Notes under the pieces: model-generated
What the model was told of the DNA's origin: nothing
What the model saw: the letters and a program-made list of their open reading frames with translations, nothing else
Database searches by the model: none
Virus record (IMG/VR): IMGVR_UViG_3300005096_000013
Coordinates: 1-51,070 of that record
From: a virus
Taxonomy: Duplodnaviria; Caudoviricetes
DNA: 51,070 nt
Strand: one strand, 5' to 3'
Translations under genes and position numbers: made by a program
Shown here: piece by piece, positions 30,102-39,687 of the stretch
Layout: each line of letters begins with the position of its first letter
Numbering within the stretch: position 1 is the stretch's first letter

Positions 30102-30572
30102 CTAGAAGGGGTCTTGGCCTTTAACTTCTTCGTCAGCGTCGCCAAGGACTTCCAAGACGAACACATCAGGGATGTCCCGATTCTTGTTGGCACGTATCTT
30201 CACTTGAAGTAACTTGCCTACTACTTGGTCGAGGAGTTTGTCAGCCTTCTGAATGTCGTCAGGACACTCAGCACCTGTAGCCATATGAACCAGCGACTTG
30301 ATGTAACCGAAGTTCCAAGTAGCCGCCGAGGACATATACATGGGGAATTCGGCCCCTTGATACTCACCTTCCTCGATACACCTCAGTTGAAAACGCCATG
30401 AGGCATACTTGCTACCGTCTCTTTTTCTCTCTCTGACAGAGCGAACTATCCGGGTGAGGAGTACCACATAGGTTCCCGGCTCCGGGTAATTATCCGCTAC
30501 ACTCTCCGCTTCCGCAGCAAATACTGAATTTGCTTCCGCCAACACTTGATTAAAAACATCGGTCTGACTCAT
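30102..30572 (-). CDS. Putative single-stranded DNA-binding protein (DUF669-like)
   Basis: PEPGTYVV, EGEYQG, VGKLLQVKI and acidic C-terminus ending DPF. Confidence 0.65.
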   Translation of the reverse strand: MSQTDVFNQVLAEANSVFAAEAESVADNYPEPGTYVVLLTRIVRSVRERKRDGSKYASWRFQLRCIEEGEYQGAEFPMYMSSAATWNFGYIKSLVHMATGAECPDDIQKADKLLDQVVGKLLQVKIRANKNRDIPDVFVLEVLGDADEEVKGQDPF

Positions 30573-30625
30573 TTTTATTCTCCTTATTTTTACAGACCTT
30601 AGACGAAAGACTCTCCTGTAGAGTC

Positions 30626-31540
30626 TTAGAATACATTCTCATTCTTTCTCAAATCTTCTACTGATTTGTTATAAGCATCCTCAAATATCTTCCAGCCATT
30701 CAATCTTGGTAACTCCATGTCTGAAGGGATTTCTATCCTTTTCTTTCCCGGACATTGAGAAGAATCTCCGGGAGCCAAGACTCTGTACTTCTTCGTCTTA
30801 TTGATGGATTCCTCCCGGTACATGGTTTTACCCTTAAGAGTATATTTCTTTCTCACCTTCTCTACATAATCTTCCTCCTTTTCCATGATACCCAGTACAT
30901 AGTCGGTCTCTGCGACTATCATCTGGGCAACGGACGGGGCAAGACTGTACCGGTTAACAGTGTACTCCATACCACTAGCTGTTTTCCTTGTCTTTTCTAC
31001 AATGTGAGTTATAACTACCCAGCTATAACCCCAAAGAGTGAGCCTCTGCAATTCCTCTTGGCAGGTATTGCAAAGGATGGACCAACCCTTACCAGAAGCA
31101 CCATACTCCGTAATGGTTTTTAATCCTCGATTCCCTTCACTGTCGTACAGCTTGACCAATTCTTCATCTAGAAAGGGAAGTAGGTGGTCTAAAGGGTCAA
31201 AGGCTATACAATCGTATGTACGATTCGGCAGCTTGGCTTCTTCTTCCAGCTTGGCAATGATACGACGGTAGTGGGCCGGGCTGGTAGGCATAACCCAACT
31301 AGTTCTGGGGGAGGAAACAAATTTAGCCGAACCCTCTAAGCTGATGACTAAGCATCGAGGTCTGCTCATGATGAAGGTTGACTTACCCGCACCGGGAGGA
31401 CCTACAACCATCATCCTCAACTTAGTCGCGGGAGGAGGGTCGAAGCCTGTGGACACTCCCAGATTTTGCCAGCCAAGAGATACTGAAGGGGGCTTCGCCG
31501 GGTCAGTTTTTTGAAATACTTCCTGCTTCTCGGTACTCAT
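30626..31540 (-). CDS. AAA_24/Sak4-like ATPase
   Basis: Walker A GPPGAGKS, IAFDPL, VVITH; lies between SSB and exonuclease. Confidence 0.75.
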   Translation of the reverse strand: MSTEKQEVFQKTDPAKPPSVSLGWQNLGVSTGFDPPPATKLRMMVVGPPGAGKSTFIMSRPRCLVISLEGSAKFVSSPRTSWVMPTSPAHYRRIIAKLEEEAKLPNRTYDCIAFDPLDHLLPFLDEELVKLYDSEGNRGLKTITEYGASGKGWSILCNTCQEELQRLTLWGYSWVVITHIVEKTRKTASGMEYTVNRYSLAPSVAQMIVAETDYVLGIMEKEEDYVEKVRKKYTLKGKTMYREESINKTKKYRVLAPGDSSQCPGKKRIEIPSDMELPRLNGWKIFEDAYNKSVEDLRKNENVF

Positions 31541-31561
31541 AATTTGCTCCTTTCCGAAACC

Positions 31562-32719
31562 TTATTTACCTTCCGGCCTTACTGTAAATCGCTGGGCCAA
31601 CAACGAGGGCCACAACGCATAATTATACGTACACAAGTCCAAATATGGACAGGTCCGGCCATAGCTATCTGCACAGGAATGATGATTCCTGGGATAGTGT
31701 AAACCCAAACCTTCCTTTGTCAATGTCTCCCTCGTACTTCCAAGGAAGGCCATCCGCTTCAGCTTGTAGAGAAACTCATCCGGCAATATGGAGGAGTTTA
31801 CCCATCGAATGGAATACTGAGTGAAGACTTGCTTCCCTTTCTTTTCCTGCTCTTCATACCATTCAGTACATCTTGCTATATAGGCTCTCCAAGGGCTTTC
31901 ATACAGCCCATCTTTGTTGGAATCCTTCCCATTAGGACAGAACTTGATAGAGGGTTTGGCTATCACGTTCAACTTAAAGCCCGTCAACTTCTTCGGGTCC
32001 AAGCCTTGCGACTCCAACCAGCGGGCGCCCAACAATCTATACAGGAGACAGGCATCACTATAAGCATAGCCAGCTACAACGGCTTCAGGGGTAAAGCTGG
32101 TAGTTTTCCAATCCACAATCCAGAACTCCCCATCTTTAGTCTCCTCTATACGGTCTATTCTGCCTTGCACTAAGACGTACTCAGGATGCTTCGGGTCTAT
32201 AGGAAGTTTGATGTGAGCTTCTACTTCCTGTTCTACTGTAATAACCCTGCTGCCCATAGGCAGAGATACTTTGCGGTTCATAATCTCGGCCATCACGTGA
32301 GCTTTCTCGTAAGCCTGAGAGGTATCCCTCAGAGCCTTATCCAACCGACCGTCCAAGTCTCCTTCCCGCTCTATCTGATAAACAATATTATCTACAGACT
32401 TCTGGTATTCCTGCCCCACTATTACCCATTCACGGTAAGGCAATTCCATGAAACGGTGGAAATAAGTGCCGGTCTCCAGGGCTGGGGAAATAAAGGTCTG
32501 AGTAGGAAACAGTTTCAATCGAGACCTGTAGAGGTAACGTCGGGGACAACTGAAGTAAGCCCCAATATTGCTGGCCCGGACCGGAACAAAGAAGGGTTTG
32601 TACATGTCGTTGAGCCGGGCAAGCACAGTATCATATTTCACTCCGGGCTCCAACGATGCTCTGTCAACAAAGGGAAATGTCTGCTGACCGAGAACATCCC
32701 CCTGAGGAATCGCTTCCAT
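31562..32719 (-). CDS. PD-(D/E)xK exonuclease (Cas4/RecB-like)
   Basis: CPRRY, GTYFH, GRIDRI, IVDWKT and C-terminal C...CPYLDLC cluster. Confidence 0.85.
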   Translation of the reverse strand: MEAIPQGDVLGQQTFPFVDRASLEPGVKYDTVLARLNDMYKPFFVPVRASNIGAYFSCPRRYLYRSRLKLFPTQTFISPALETGTYFHRFMELPYREWVIVGQEYQKSVDNIVYQIEREGDLDGRLDKALRDTSQAYEKAHVMAEIMNRKVSLPMGSRVITVEQEVEAHIKLPIDPKHPEYVLVQGRIDRIEETKDGEFWIVDWKTTSFTPEAVVAGYAYSDACLLYRLLGARWLESQGLDPKKLTGFKLNVIAKPSIKFCPNGKDSNKDGLYESPWRAYIARCTEWYEEQEKKGKQVFTQYSIRWVNSSILPDEFLYKLKRMAFLGSTRETLTKEGLGLHYPRNHHSCADSYGRTCPYLDLCTYNYALWPSLLAQRFTVRPEGK

Positions 32720-32753
32720 CTCATTACTCCTTTCCAGAATAATTTATTGGAGG

Positions 32754-33728
32754 TTAAGAACCGCTATCAGTATAACCAAATACAGTAACAGTGAGAGTTG
32801 TTGAAGGGTCTCCAAACAGAGTTATACCTCGGCCACTCCCAATCTTGATGGGATGAGGAAACTCCAAGCAGCCGTCACCTTTACCTGTTAAAGGAATTTC
32901 TTCAAGTGCAGGCAGGGTATCCTTCTCACCTAAGGGGTCATCCGTTTTCCAGTTAGCACTACTGACTAGAGAGGCATTCCCCATGCCTGAAACTACACTC
33001 TCTATCGTAGCTCCTGTACCCTCCCCAAAGTTCCAAGCTGCCGACAAGTTTGTCTCGTCGCCCGAAAAAGCGTAAGGGTCTTGAACCAGTGTAGAAGCAG
33101 TTAATGAGGAGGCGATATAGATACCAAAAGGGCCGAGATATACGAGTATCCCTGTGGAGGCAGTCAAGTCGGTAGTGCCTCCAGTTATCGCACCTACTGA
33201 AGTTAAGGTACCCGATACCGTAGGGCTGTCCGCAACGCCATCGACATAAAGTACAGCGGTATCGTTTGTCCCGTCCCGATTCACAACTCCCATCAAAACA
33301 TGATGCCATGCCGAATTGGACAGTGAAGCAGTTCCGGTGATAGTAGCTGTATCAGTACCATCCCCTATAATTAACTGAATTTTCCCTGAAGATAACTTCA
33401 ATATATATTTATTATCTGCTCCATCATCCTTAGAAAAGAGAGAGGCTACAGAGTCAGAAGTCTTGAAATTAAAATCGAAAAGAAAATCAGAACTATTAGG
33501 CTTCAACGCCGCATTGTCTGCTTGTGTAAAAGTTTCTCCTGAGACTAAACCAAGTGAACCTGAACGGCAAATAGTCATTTTATTACCGGAAGCGGCGGGG
33601 TCAACCAGCAGGCCGGTCAAATAATGGCTTATCCCATGGGAAGCGGGGGCCAAGAAAGTAGCAGGGGATACAGTTAACGTCGCCGAAACAGGCCATCCGA
33701 TACTTGATTGGGGTTTACCGTAAGGCAT
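32754..33728 (-). CDS. LamG/concanavalin A-like domain protein
   Basis: WHHVLM, LYVDGV, NLSAAWNFGEGTG. Confidence 0.7.
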   Translation of the reverse strand: MPYGKPQSSIGWPVSATLTVSPATFLAPASHGISHYLTGLLVDPAASGNKMTICRSGSLGLVSGETFTQADNAALKPNSSDFLFDFNFKTSDSVASLFSKDDGADNKYILKLSSGKIQLIIGDGTDTATITGTASLSNSAWHHVLMGVVNRDGTNDTAVLYVDGVADSPTVSGTLTSVGAITGGTTDLTASTGILVYLGPFGIYIASSLTASTLVQDPYAFSGDETNLSAAWNFGEGTGATIESVVSGMGNASLVSSANWKTDDPLGEKDTLPALEEIPLTGKGDGCLEFPHPIKIGSGRGITLFGDPSTTLTVTVFGYTDSGS

Positions 33729-33795
33729 TTTAACATCCTTTCAAATTTAGAAATAAAGGAGGGAGGAGGCCAAGTCTCGCAGGCTTGTAACCTCC

Positions 33796-34326
33796 TCAAT
33801 CACTCCGGGCTCCATACAACGCATACGCTACCATGTAATGTAGCAGAAACAAACCAAGTGCACGTCTTGTTTTTATCCTCTTATTACCAGGCAGGAACAT
33901 GACAGTAAAATCTTGCTGGGCTAAAACTCTGCAAAGGTTCTGGGTCATCAACATTCCCGAACCCGTCACTACATCATCTTCTATGAAGTCTCCCGGTTTA
34001 GCTTCAATAACTAGAACGGGATACCGGCAAGCCTTCTTCAGCCGGACAAAGGCCCTTCCTTGCCTCCGGGAGTCTCTACTAGAAATATTCGAATGAAGCT
34101 CCCGTCGTCCTGATTTACGCTCTATTATAACATCGTTTGGAAATTCTGCAAGTCGATAATCCCCCGACTTCAATGCCTTCTTGACCACCTTCACCTTGAT
34201 GACTCTGGTCCGGTGGGTGAATCTGTCCTTCATCTTGAAAGTTTCGGGGAACAGGAAAGGGTACTTCTCCCTAGAATCCACTTCTACAGTAAGGGTACTA
34301 GGACAAGATTTAGAGAACAGCCTCAT
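33796..34326 (-). CDS. ERCC4/XPF-type nuclease (putative resolvase)
   Basis: VDSRE, GDY, IERKS, LVIE motifs. Confidence 0.85.
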   Translation of the reverse strand: MRLFSKSCPSTLTVEVDSREKYPFLFPETFKMKDRFTHRTRVIKVKVVKKALKSGDYRLAEFPNDVIIERKSGRRELHSNISSRDSRRQGRAFVRLKKACRYPVLVIEAKPGDFIEDDVVTGSGMLMTQNLCRVLAQQDFTVMFLPGNKRIKTRRALGLFLLHYMVAYALYGARSD

Positions 34327-34330
34327 GGAA

Positions 34331-36334
34331 TCACTTTTCCTCTATTTCGTATTTTAAGGTGACAACCAATTTCCGGCTACGTTCAAATATATCCATAATG
34401 TAAGGCCGTGGCAATACCTTTTTTAATATTTTTTTTATAAAATCCACTTCCCCACGAGGCGAATCAATCAGAATGGAATCATAGGTCTGAGCACACATAG
34501 GAGCCCGGAGTGATTCCTTCCTCATTTCCATAAGTACTTGAAACTGAGCAGCTTGCGTTATCTGTGCGGCCACCGTCTGGATTGGGAAGTTGCATATTTC
34601 ATTGATGTAAGTCCTTCTAATGGTGGCGGGGCCCCCTGAAAATGTACGGCTCCAGCCAGTTTCTACCTCCAAATACCCCTGTTCTGAAGCCAGATTTATC
34701 AGGCTTTCCTGCCAACTTCGGAACTCGTGGTAGCGGGAATCGAACCGGGACAGGACTTCGTGACAGGCCCAACGGTTCATTTTCTCCTTGACTATCTTCA
34801 GGAGCTCCACGTTCTTCATTTCTCCTGCCATCTTGATGAGGGTCTCCAGATACTTGTTGGCCCCTCCCCTGTACAGCACAAGGAAGTTAAGAGTCTTACC
34901 CATCTGCCTCCATACCTTACGAAATAAAGGGTCATCGTTCGACAGCCGTACCCCGACGGTCTCGCAAATCATCTGCCCACTTACCGAGTGCCGGTCAATC
35001 CCTTGCTGAGTCTCCTCCACCATCAACCTATCCTGACTAAGTAAGGCTGCAATATACAGTTCCAATTGGCTGTAGTCCACGGAGAGTAGCTTACCTTGGG
35101 GCCACCGGCTTTTCATACACTCTCTCACTTCCGGGGGCCAAGTTTGGAAGCCCGGCTTTGTACATGTTATCCTGCCCTGTATAGTGCCATAAGCAGTCGT
35201 CGAACCTTTATGGGCGAAGCTAGGTACAAGGTGCCAACTGGGGTAGCAGCGAGGGACTCGGTGGCTGATTAGACCTTTAGAAGGCTTATGCAATAGGGGG
35301 ACGTAGTAACTATCCAAGAGTTTCTTATGGGCCACGTGGTCGTACATAAGCTGGCAGGCTTTATATTGAGGATGTGAAGCTGGTAGCTTGGACAATAGGA
35401 GTTCCAAGTTGGATTTATTCACACAGACCTCATGTTTCTTCTCGGTAAACTGGACTTCGGGGTCGTCCAATAAACCTCCTTCCATCGCTTCCATCACTAT
35501 TTTCTTTTTGTCACCGGCAGAACCTTTACCTGAAAGGCTGATGGAGTATTCACTCCGGGCTCCTTCTTCTAGCCTCTCTACTTCTTGGGTATGTTCCAAA
35601 TGTTTCCGAAGAAGTTTGTGCAGGTCCATCTGAATACCAGATTCTTTCATTTCTAAACCTATGCGGAGGAGACAATCCCGATGAGCCTTGCAGATACTGG
35701 AGAGTTTGGCACTACCGGGCCAGCGTTCCTTTACCCTAGAGAGAAGCAATCGGTAATGTTTAAGGTTATTGACAGCGTCCTCTACGTTGTATCTCTGTAA
35801 AGTCTTGTTGTGTCCAGATGTCACAAATTTCTGGAGCTCCTTAACACTAAGTTCCCCTTGTTGGTAGTCACCCACTCCAAACAAAGTACTGAGAGTTTTA
35901 AGAGACTTCTCCGGACGCTCCTCAAAGTCCAAGAAGTTGATAATGGCTACATCATCTAGTAAGATACGAGACTGGTTAGGATGGAGCCCGGAGTGATACC
36001 TGATGCTTCCACTTGCCGCCCGAAGGTACGAGAGGTCGAACAGGGTGTTAAAACCTAGCAGCGTGCTGCCATGCAATCTCATGAGACGGAACCATTCCTC
36101 TACTTTTCTGCGGTGGTTTTGTTCTTTCCAGACATAGAGGGCAGCGTCGATACCTCCGGGGGTTTCCCAAGCAAAAGCAACTGTAACTACTTGGCACTCC
36201 GGGCTCCTTTGGTCTAGTATTTTTGATTGGACAGGGTGGAAGAATCTCTGTTGCTGGCCTTTAAGGATGCCATAAGTCTCGATGTCTATACTTACAAGAG
36301 AAGGGAAGGTTGTCTGCATGGCTACCTCCTCCAT
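34331..36334 (-). CDS. DNA polymerase family A with 3'-5' exonuclease
   Basis: Exo motifs DIET, FNTLFD, YNVED; polymerase TIQGR, DYSQLEL, RQMGKTLNFLVLY, NFPIQ, TYDS. Start may be 36319. Confidence 0.92.
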   Translation of the reverse strand: MEEVAMQTTFPSLVSIDIETYGILKGQQQRFFHPVQSKILDQRSPECQVVTVAFAWETPGGIDAALYVWKEQNHRRKVEEWFRLMRLHGSTLLGFNTLFDLSYLRAASGSIRYHSGLHPNQSRILLDDVAIINFLDFEERPEKSLKTLSTLFGVGDYQQGELSVKELQKFVTSGHNKTLQRYNVEDAVNNLKHYRLLLSRVKERWPGSAKLSSICKAHRDCLLRIGLEMKESGIQMDLHKLLRKHLEHTQEVERLEEGARSEYSISLSGKGSAGDKKKIVMEAMEGGLLDDPEVQFTEKKHEVCVNKSNLELLLSKLPASHPQYKACQLMYDHVAHKKLLDSYYVPLLHKPSKGLISHRVPRCYPSWHLVPSFAHKGSTTAYGTIQGRITCTKPGFQTWPPEVRECMKSRWPQGKLLSVDYSQLELYIAALLSQDRLMVEETQQGIDRHSVSGQMICETVGVRLSNDDPLFRKVWRQMGKTLNFLVLYRGGANKYLETLIKMAGEMKNVELLKIVKEKMNRWACHEVLSRFDSRYHEFRSWQESLINLASEQGYLEVETGWSRTFSGGPATIRRTYINEICNFPIQTVAAQITQAAQFQVLMEMRKESLRAPMCAQTYDSILIDSPRGEVDFIKKILKKVLPRPYIMDIFERSRKLVVTLKYEIEEK

Positions 36335-36528
36335 TGGGAATTGAATAGGAAGGTGTGGCTTTCCTGGTACGTCTGAAGTAGCAATTCCAATCCAGCAATC
36401 TTATCCTTGGCAGCTTGCAAATCCTGTTGGAGTTCCTCTTTATCTTGCCGAAGGTTTTCTATTGTTTCAGCCGCCTTGGTAACTTCCTTTTCTAAGTCGT
36501 AAAGTGCAGTCAACATTTTAAGGTCCAT
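36322..36528 (-). CDS. Small coiled-coil protein
   Basis: Heptad-rich 68-aa ORF with RBS. Confidence 0.55.
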   Translation of the reverse strand: MDLKMLTALYDLEKEVTKAAETIENLRQDKEELQQDLQAAKDKIAGLELLLQTYQESHTFLFNSQWRR

Positions 36529-36541
36529 GTTTTTATCCCTT

Positions 36542-36916
36542 CTATTTGCTGGAATGTTGACGTATCCAACGTCTCAAGTTGGCAGGGGTGAAGGCTCCTT
36601 GGATGTTAGAATTCCAAGTTAGGGTGGGGTCTAGCAGATTCCATCTCCATAGGAGTCTATTGTGCGATTCTGATATGTAATAAAGGTTATGGGTGCCGGA
36701 GGAGATATTCCAGCCCCGCCCTCTTACTCCACAGATGAACTGTACTGCCGTTCTCCTCACTTTTTGACTGGTAGGTACGGAGGGGTGACACTTGTCAGGG
36801 TAAAGTTCGTGGAGGATTCCGTACCACTGTTGGCTTTCTTCGTCAAAGGCTTCTAGAGCTATGCCAGTATATACTGGTGTTAGTATGGTCAGTAATTGGA
36901 TGGCTTTGCTATTCAT
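36542..36916 (-). CDS. Hypothetical protein
   Basis: Tiles with neighbours; GAGGAG RBS. Confidence 0.6.
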   Translation of the reverse strand: MNSKAIQLLTILTPVYTGIALEAFDEESQQWYGILHELYPDKCHPSVPTSQKVRRTAVQFICGVRGRGWNISSGTHNLYYISESHNRLLWRWNLLDPTLTWNSNIQGAFTPANLRRWIRQHSSK

Positions 36917-37445
36917 TGTTCTCCTCTATCTTCCTTATACATTCTTCTCGTGTCTCACCCCAGACAGAAGCATATACTGTATCATTAAGATAAGTTTGAG
37001 AATGCGATGTCCTCCCTAGTTGGAAGACGTGGATTCCTGAATCTTCCTTATGCTTCGGCCACCGTGCAAAATGATAGGCTTGAACACCTTTAACTTGTGG
37101 ATTTGCTACCCTTGCCACCCAAACTTTATGGTCAACTTCAAAATCAGGACGGTAGGGCAAGTCTATAGGTTTCGGCGGGCCGTCGAAAAAGGGACAGTCG
37201 GTGAAAAGAACAGGAATTGTGTTGCTGTCAATCCTCTTACCGTCTATCATAAAACCCATTATGCTTCCGGCCCAATCCTTATACATACAACGAATAGGGT
37301 GAGGGTCATCATATTTCTGTTCGATAACCGTTACCACTTTTATCCATCGGCTCTCCATTAGCCAATATAGCCAGTCTCCAACCTTGACCTTTGATAAGTC
37401 ACTTTTCCTAATGTCAAACTTCAACCGAAATCCGTCATTATTCAT
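36909..37445 (-). CDS. Hypothetical protein
   Basis: Tiles with neighbours. Confidence 0.6.
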   Translation of the reverse strand: MNNDGFRLKFDIRKSDLSKVKVGDWLYWLMESRWIKVVTVIEQKYDDPHPIRCMYKDWAGSIMGFMIDGKRIDSNTIPVLFTDCPFFDGPPKPIDLPYRPDFEVDHKVWVARVANPQVKGVQAYHFARWPKHKEDSGIHVFQLGRTSHSQTYLNDTVYASVWGETREECIRKIEENNE

Positions 37446-37460
37446 TTGTGGCCTGCCTTT

Positions 37461-37784
37461 CTATGAAAAATCATAAACAAAAGGTTCGTTGTGAACTAGG
37501 TTCTTATCGTTGATTAAATCTGGCGGTTGCTCTTTAGGGAGTAGCCACCAAAAATAAGAGATTCTATATGGTTCTTTTATTTGTTTAAGTATATCATTCA
37601 ATAGCTCAGCATTAACCTTCCATACTTCGGGAGCGTAAGGTTCCGGAGGAAGCAATTTTATTGTACATCTAAGGCTTATCGGGTCAAATCTTACATGAGC
37701 ATACTCATATATAGGACGACAAGAAGGCTCTTCCGGGTTATATATGAACCACAACTCAACTGTTTTTGGAATATTCAATATCAC
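37461..37784 (-). CDS. Hypothetical protein
   Basis: Tiles with neighbours. Confidence 0.5.
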   Translation of the reverse strand: MILNIPKTVELWFIYNPEEPSCRPIYEYAHVRFDPISLRCTIKLLPPEPYAPEVWKVNAELLNDILKQIKEPYRISYFWWLLPKEQPPDLINDKNLVHNEPFVYDFS

Positions 37785-37803
37785 TCTTACCTTGCCCTTT
37801 CAC

Positions 37804-37864
37804 TGGTCCCGGCAGGACTCGAACCTGCAATGCGTTTTTAAAAGTTTGCCTGTCTCTCCGGACT
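37804..37864 (-). pseudogene. Degenerate tRNA-like element (intact T-arm and 3' end only)
   Basis: Minus strand GCAGG-TTCGAGT-CCTGC-CGGGACCA; no proper D or anticodon arm. Confidence 0.5.
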
Positions 37865-37961
37865 GTCACAAAAAATATTTCGTTCTACAAGTTATTTTTA
37901 ATATTCATGAGTTAAAGGACGAGGTTTTCCCAGACATAGAGACTAAGCGTTGCTTTGGTTG

Positions 37962-38261
37962 TCATTCTGTGTCCTCTTTGTATAATAGCATGCTTATGTG
38001 ACGGATAGTTTCAAAAGATTGCATTGGTGTGTCCTTAAAAATTCCGCCCTCCAATGTCGTTATCAATGCCGGTTTCCCTATCCCTTGGTTAAAGTCAAAT
38101 TTTTTTCTTGATTGGTCTTGGATGTCACGAGCGGTTTTATAATTTTGCCCTCTGTATAACACTTGTTCAAATAACCAAAAAGGAGTTTCGTGGTTTGGTA
38201 CTAGATTCAAAGTAAGTTTAATGCAAACTCTCCATTCACCGTCTTTTTTATCTTGGTTCAT
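37962..38261 (-). CDS. Hypothetical protein
   Basis: GAAGGA RBS; 99 aa. Confidence 0.55.
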   Translation of the reverse strand: MNQDKKDGEWRVCIKLTLNLVPNHETPFWLFEQVLYRGQNYKTARDIQDQSRKKFDFNQGIGKPALITTLEGGIFKDTPMQSFETIRHISMLLYKEDTE

Positions 38262-38324
38262 TTCAGTTCCTTCCTAAATAACAATCATCGGGGCATTTGT
38301 CTGGAAAATCTATCCCTGCAATTT

Positions 38325-38615
38325 TCATTGTTTCGTTTCCTTCCTAGTTAATTTTTCTATTTCTCTGCCGATTGATACTTCGCTATCATAGATTTTGTTA
38401 AGAAGCTTCTCTATTCTCACCCAAGAAGCTGATATGTTGTTGTATTTAACCTTTATTTTATTTAAAGAGGTTATAAACTTGTCGCGTTCCTCAGTCAATC
38501 TAGCTTGATATTCACTTCCTACTGCCTCTTCTATCCCCTTCCAATCATCGGCAGTGAGATTGTCAGGAGTTTTTATCCATTCCTCTAAGAAGTCAATCAA
38601 TGGTTGGTTGTTCAT
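38325..38615 (-). CDS. Hypothetical protein
   Basis: AAGGAG RBS, ATGA overlap. Confidence 0.6.
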   Translation of the reverse strand: MNNQPLIDFLEEWIKTPDNLTADDWKGIEEAVGSEYQARLTEERDKFITSLNKIKVKYNNISASWVRIEKLLNKIYDSEVSIGREIEKLTRKETKQ

Positions 38616-38911
38616 TTCGTCTCCTTCCTAAAATCATCCAAGTTATAAACTGGCACTCTTACCCACACCGTCGTCAATTCTTTCCCTTCATCATCCGTCA
38701 GCATAATAGTTATCGTCCCGTTTTTCCCGACTGGCACTTTTACCCAGTCGAGTTTCTTGCTTTCCAACTTTCCTTGTGCAATGAACACGTGACTAACTTT
38801 AGGTTGAAGCCAGCGTTGGGAGAGAGTGGGAAGGTTGTCAAACGCAAGGACAAGGACAGTAGATGTCCCAAAAATTATTAGAAGCAAAAATATTTGCGTG
38901 GATAGTTTCAT
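38612..38911 (-). CDS. Small membrane/secreted protein
   Basis: Hydrophobic N-terminus, ATGA overlaps. Confidence 0.6.
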   Translation of the reverse strand: MKLSTQIFLLLIIFGTSTVLVLAFDNLPTLSQRWLQPKVSHVFIAQGKLESKKLDWVKVPVGKNGTITIMLTDDEGKELTTVWVRVPVYNLDDFRKETK

Positions 38912-39585
38912 TGTTCTACATCCTCCGGTTTTATGAGGACGGTCTCAGGGTCTTTTGCACCCAACGTGTCAATTCCACCACTGAAATTCTCTTGATTTAT
39001 CCACTCATTATCAGATAAGTCTCTTATCGCTTCTGCCAAGACCTCTACTGCGTCGCTAGGTGCCTTGAATCCTTGCCTTCCATATTTGTTTATCCTTTTT
39101 ATAGTAGAGAGTAGCCATTTGGGCGTCAAAGTAGCGTGATGTAGTTCCTTCGCTCTGGCATGAATCTCTGCATCTATTGTTAGCCAGAAAGCATCTTTGG
39201 ACATAGCAAACTGGCAAATTGTAAAATCAAAAGTATCCATAAGCTGAAACACATCTCGAACACCTGGACGACATTTAAGATGGTGGAGTAACCTGGAATG
39301 TCTATCCGTATATGTATCACAGAGAGTAGATGAACATTTCTTGCTTTTACTTAAAGAATTCCGTGATATAAATTCACTAAGTGAATTTTCAGAAGTAGTA
39401 AAGAAATCTATATCTATCATAGAATCAAATTTCTTTAATTCTTGACCTAGAAAAAGCCGTCGAGGTATCCCCCCAATTAGATAGATATTATTTGTCAACA
39501 CAATCCCCAACGAATTTATTACCAGACATTCTGGAGTACACGAAAAATTCCCCGCCTGCGTATGCCTATTGTATCTGCATTTCAT
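38908..39585 (-). CDS. Nucleotidyltransferase (CCA-adding/poly(A) polymerase head-like)
   Basis: YLIGGIPR, DIDFF, FDFTICQFA, RINKY..QGF motifs. Confidence 0.75.
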   Translation of the reverse strand: MKCRYNRHTQAGNFSCTPECLVINSLGIVLTNNIYLIGGIPRRLFLGQELKKFDSMIDIDFFTTSENSLSEFISRNSLSKSKKCSSTLCDTYTDRHSRLLHHLKCRPGVRDVFQLMDTFDFTICQFAMSKDAFWLTIDAEIHARAKELHHATLTPKWLLSTIKRINKYGRQGFKAPSDAVEVLAEAIRDLSDNEWINQENFSGGIDTLGAKDPETVLIKPEDVEQ

Positions 39586-39687
39586 CCTACAACCCTTTCC
39601 ACATTATATTTATTAGTGACGTTACAATCACGAACGCAACGAGCATCCAGAAGATGATGCCGGAGATTTGTAGGAATTTATGGAAGT

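Noticed and set aside
32512-32526. GTTTCAATC as a second CRISPR repeat
   Set aside because: Only 9 nt match, no hairpin, inside a coding region.
31562-32719. Cas4-like gene as part of a CRISPR-Cas locus
   Set aside because: It sits in a standard phage exonuclease-ATPase-SSB recombination module; no cas1/2/3/5/7 seen.
31829-32788. Long plus-strand ORFs opposite the exonuclease (likewise 49734-50291, 10074-10646 and others)
   Set aside because: Antisense shadows of well-supported genes, with no motifs or RBS.
34470-34500. PolA motif C reads TYDS instead of the usual VHDE
   Set aside because: The catalytic Asp is retained and such variants occur in phage polymerases; not enough to infer modified-base replication.
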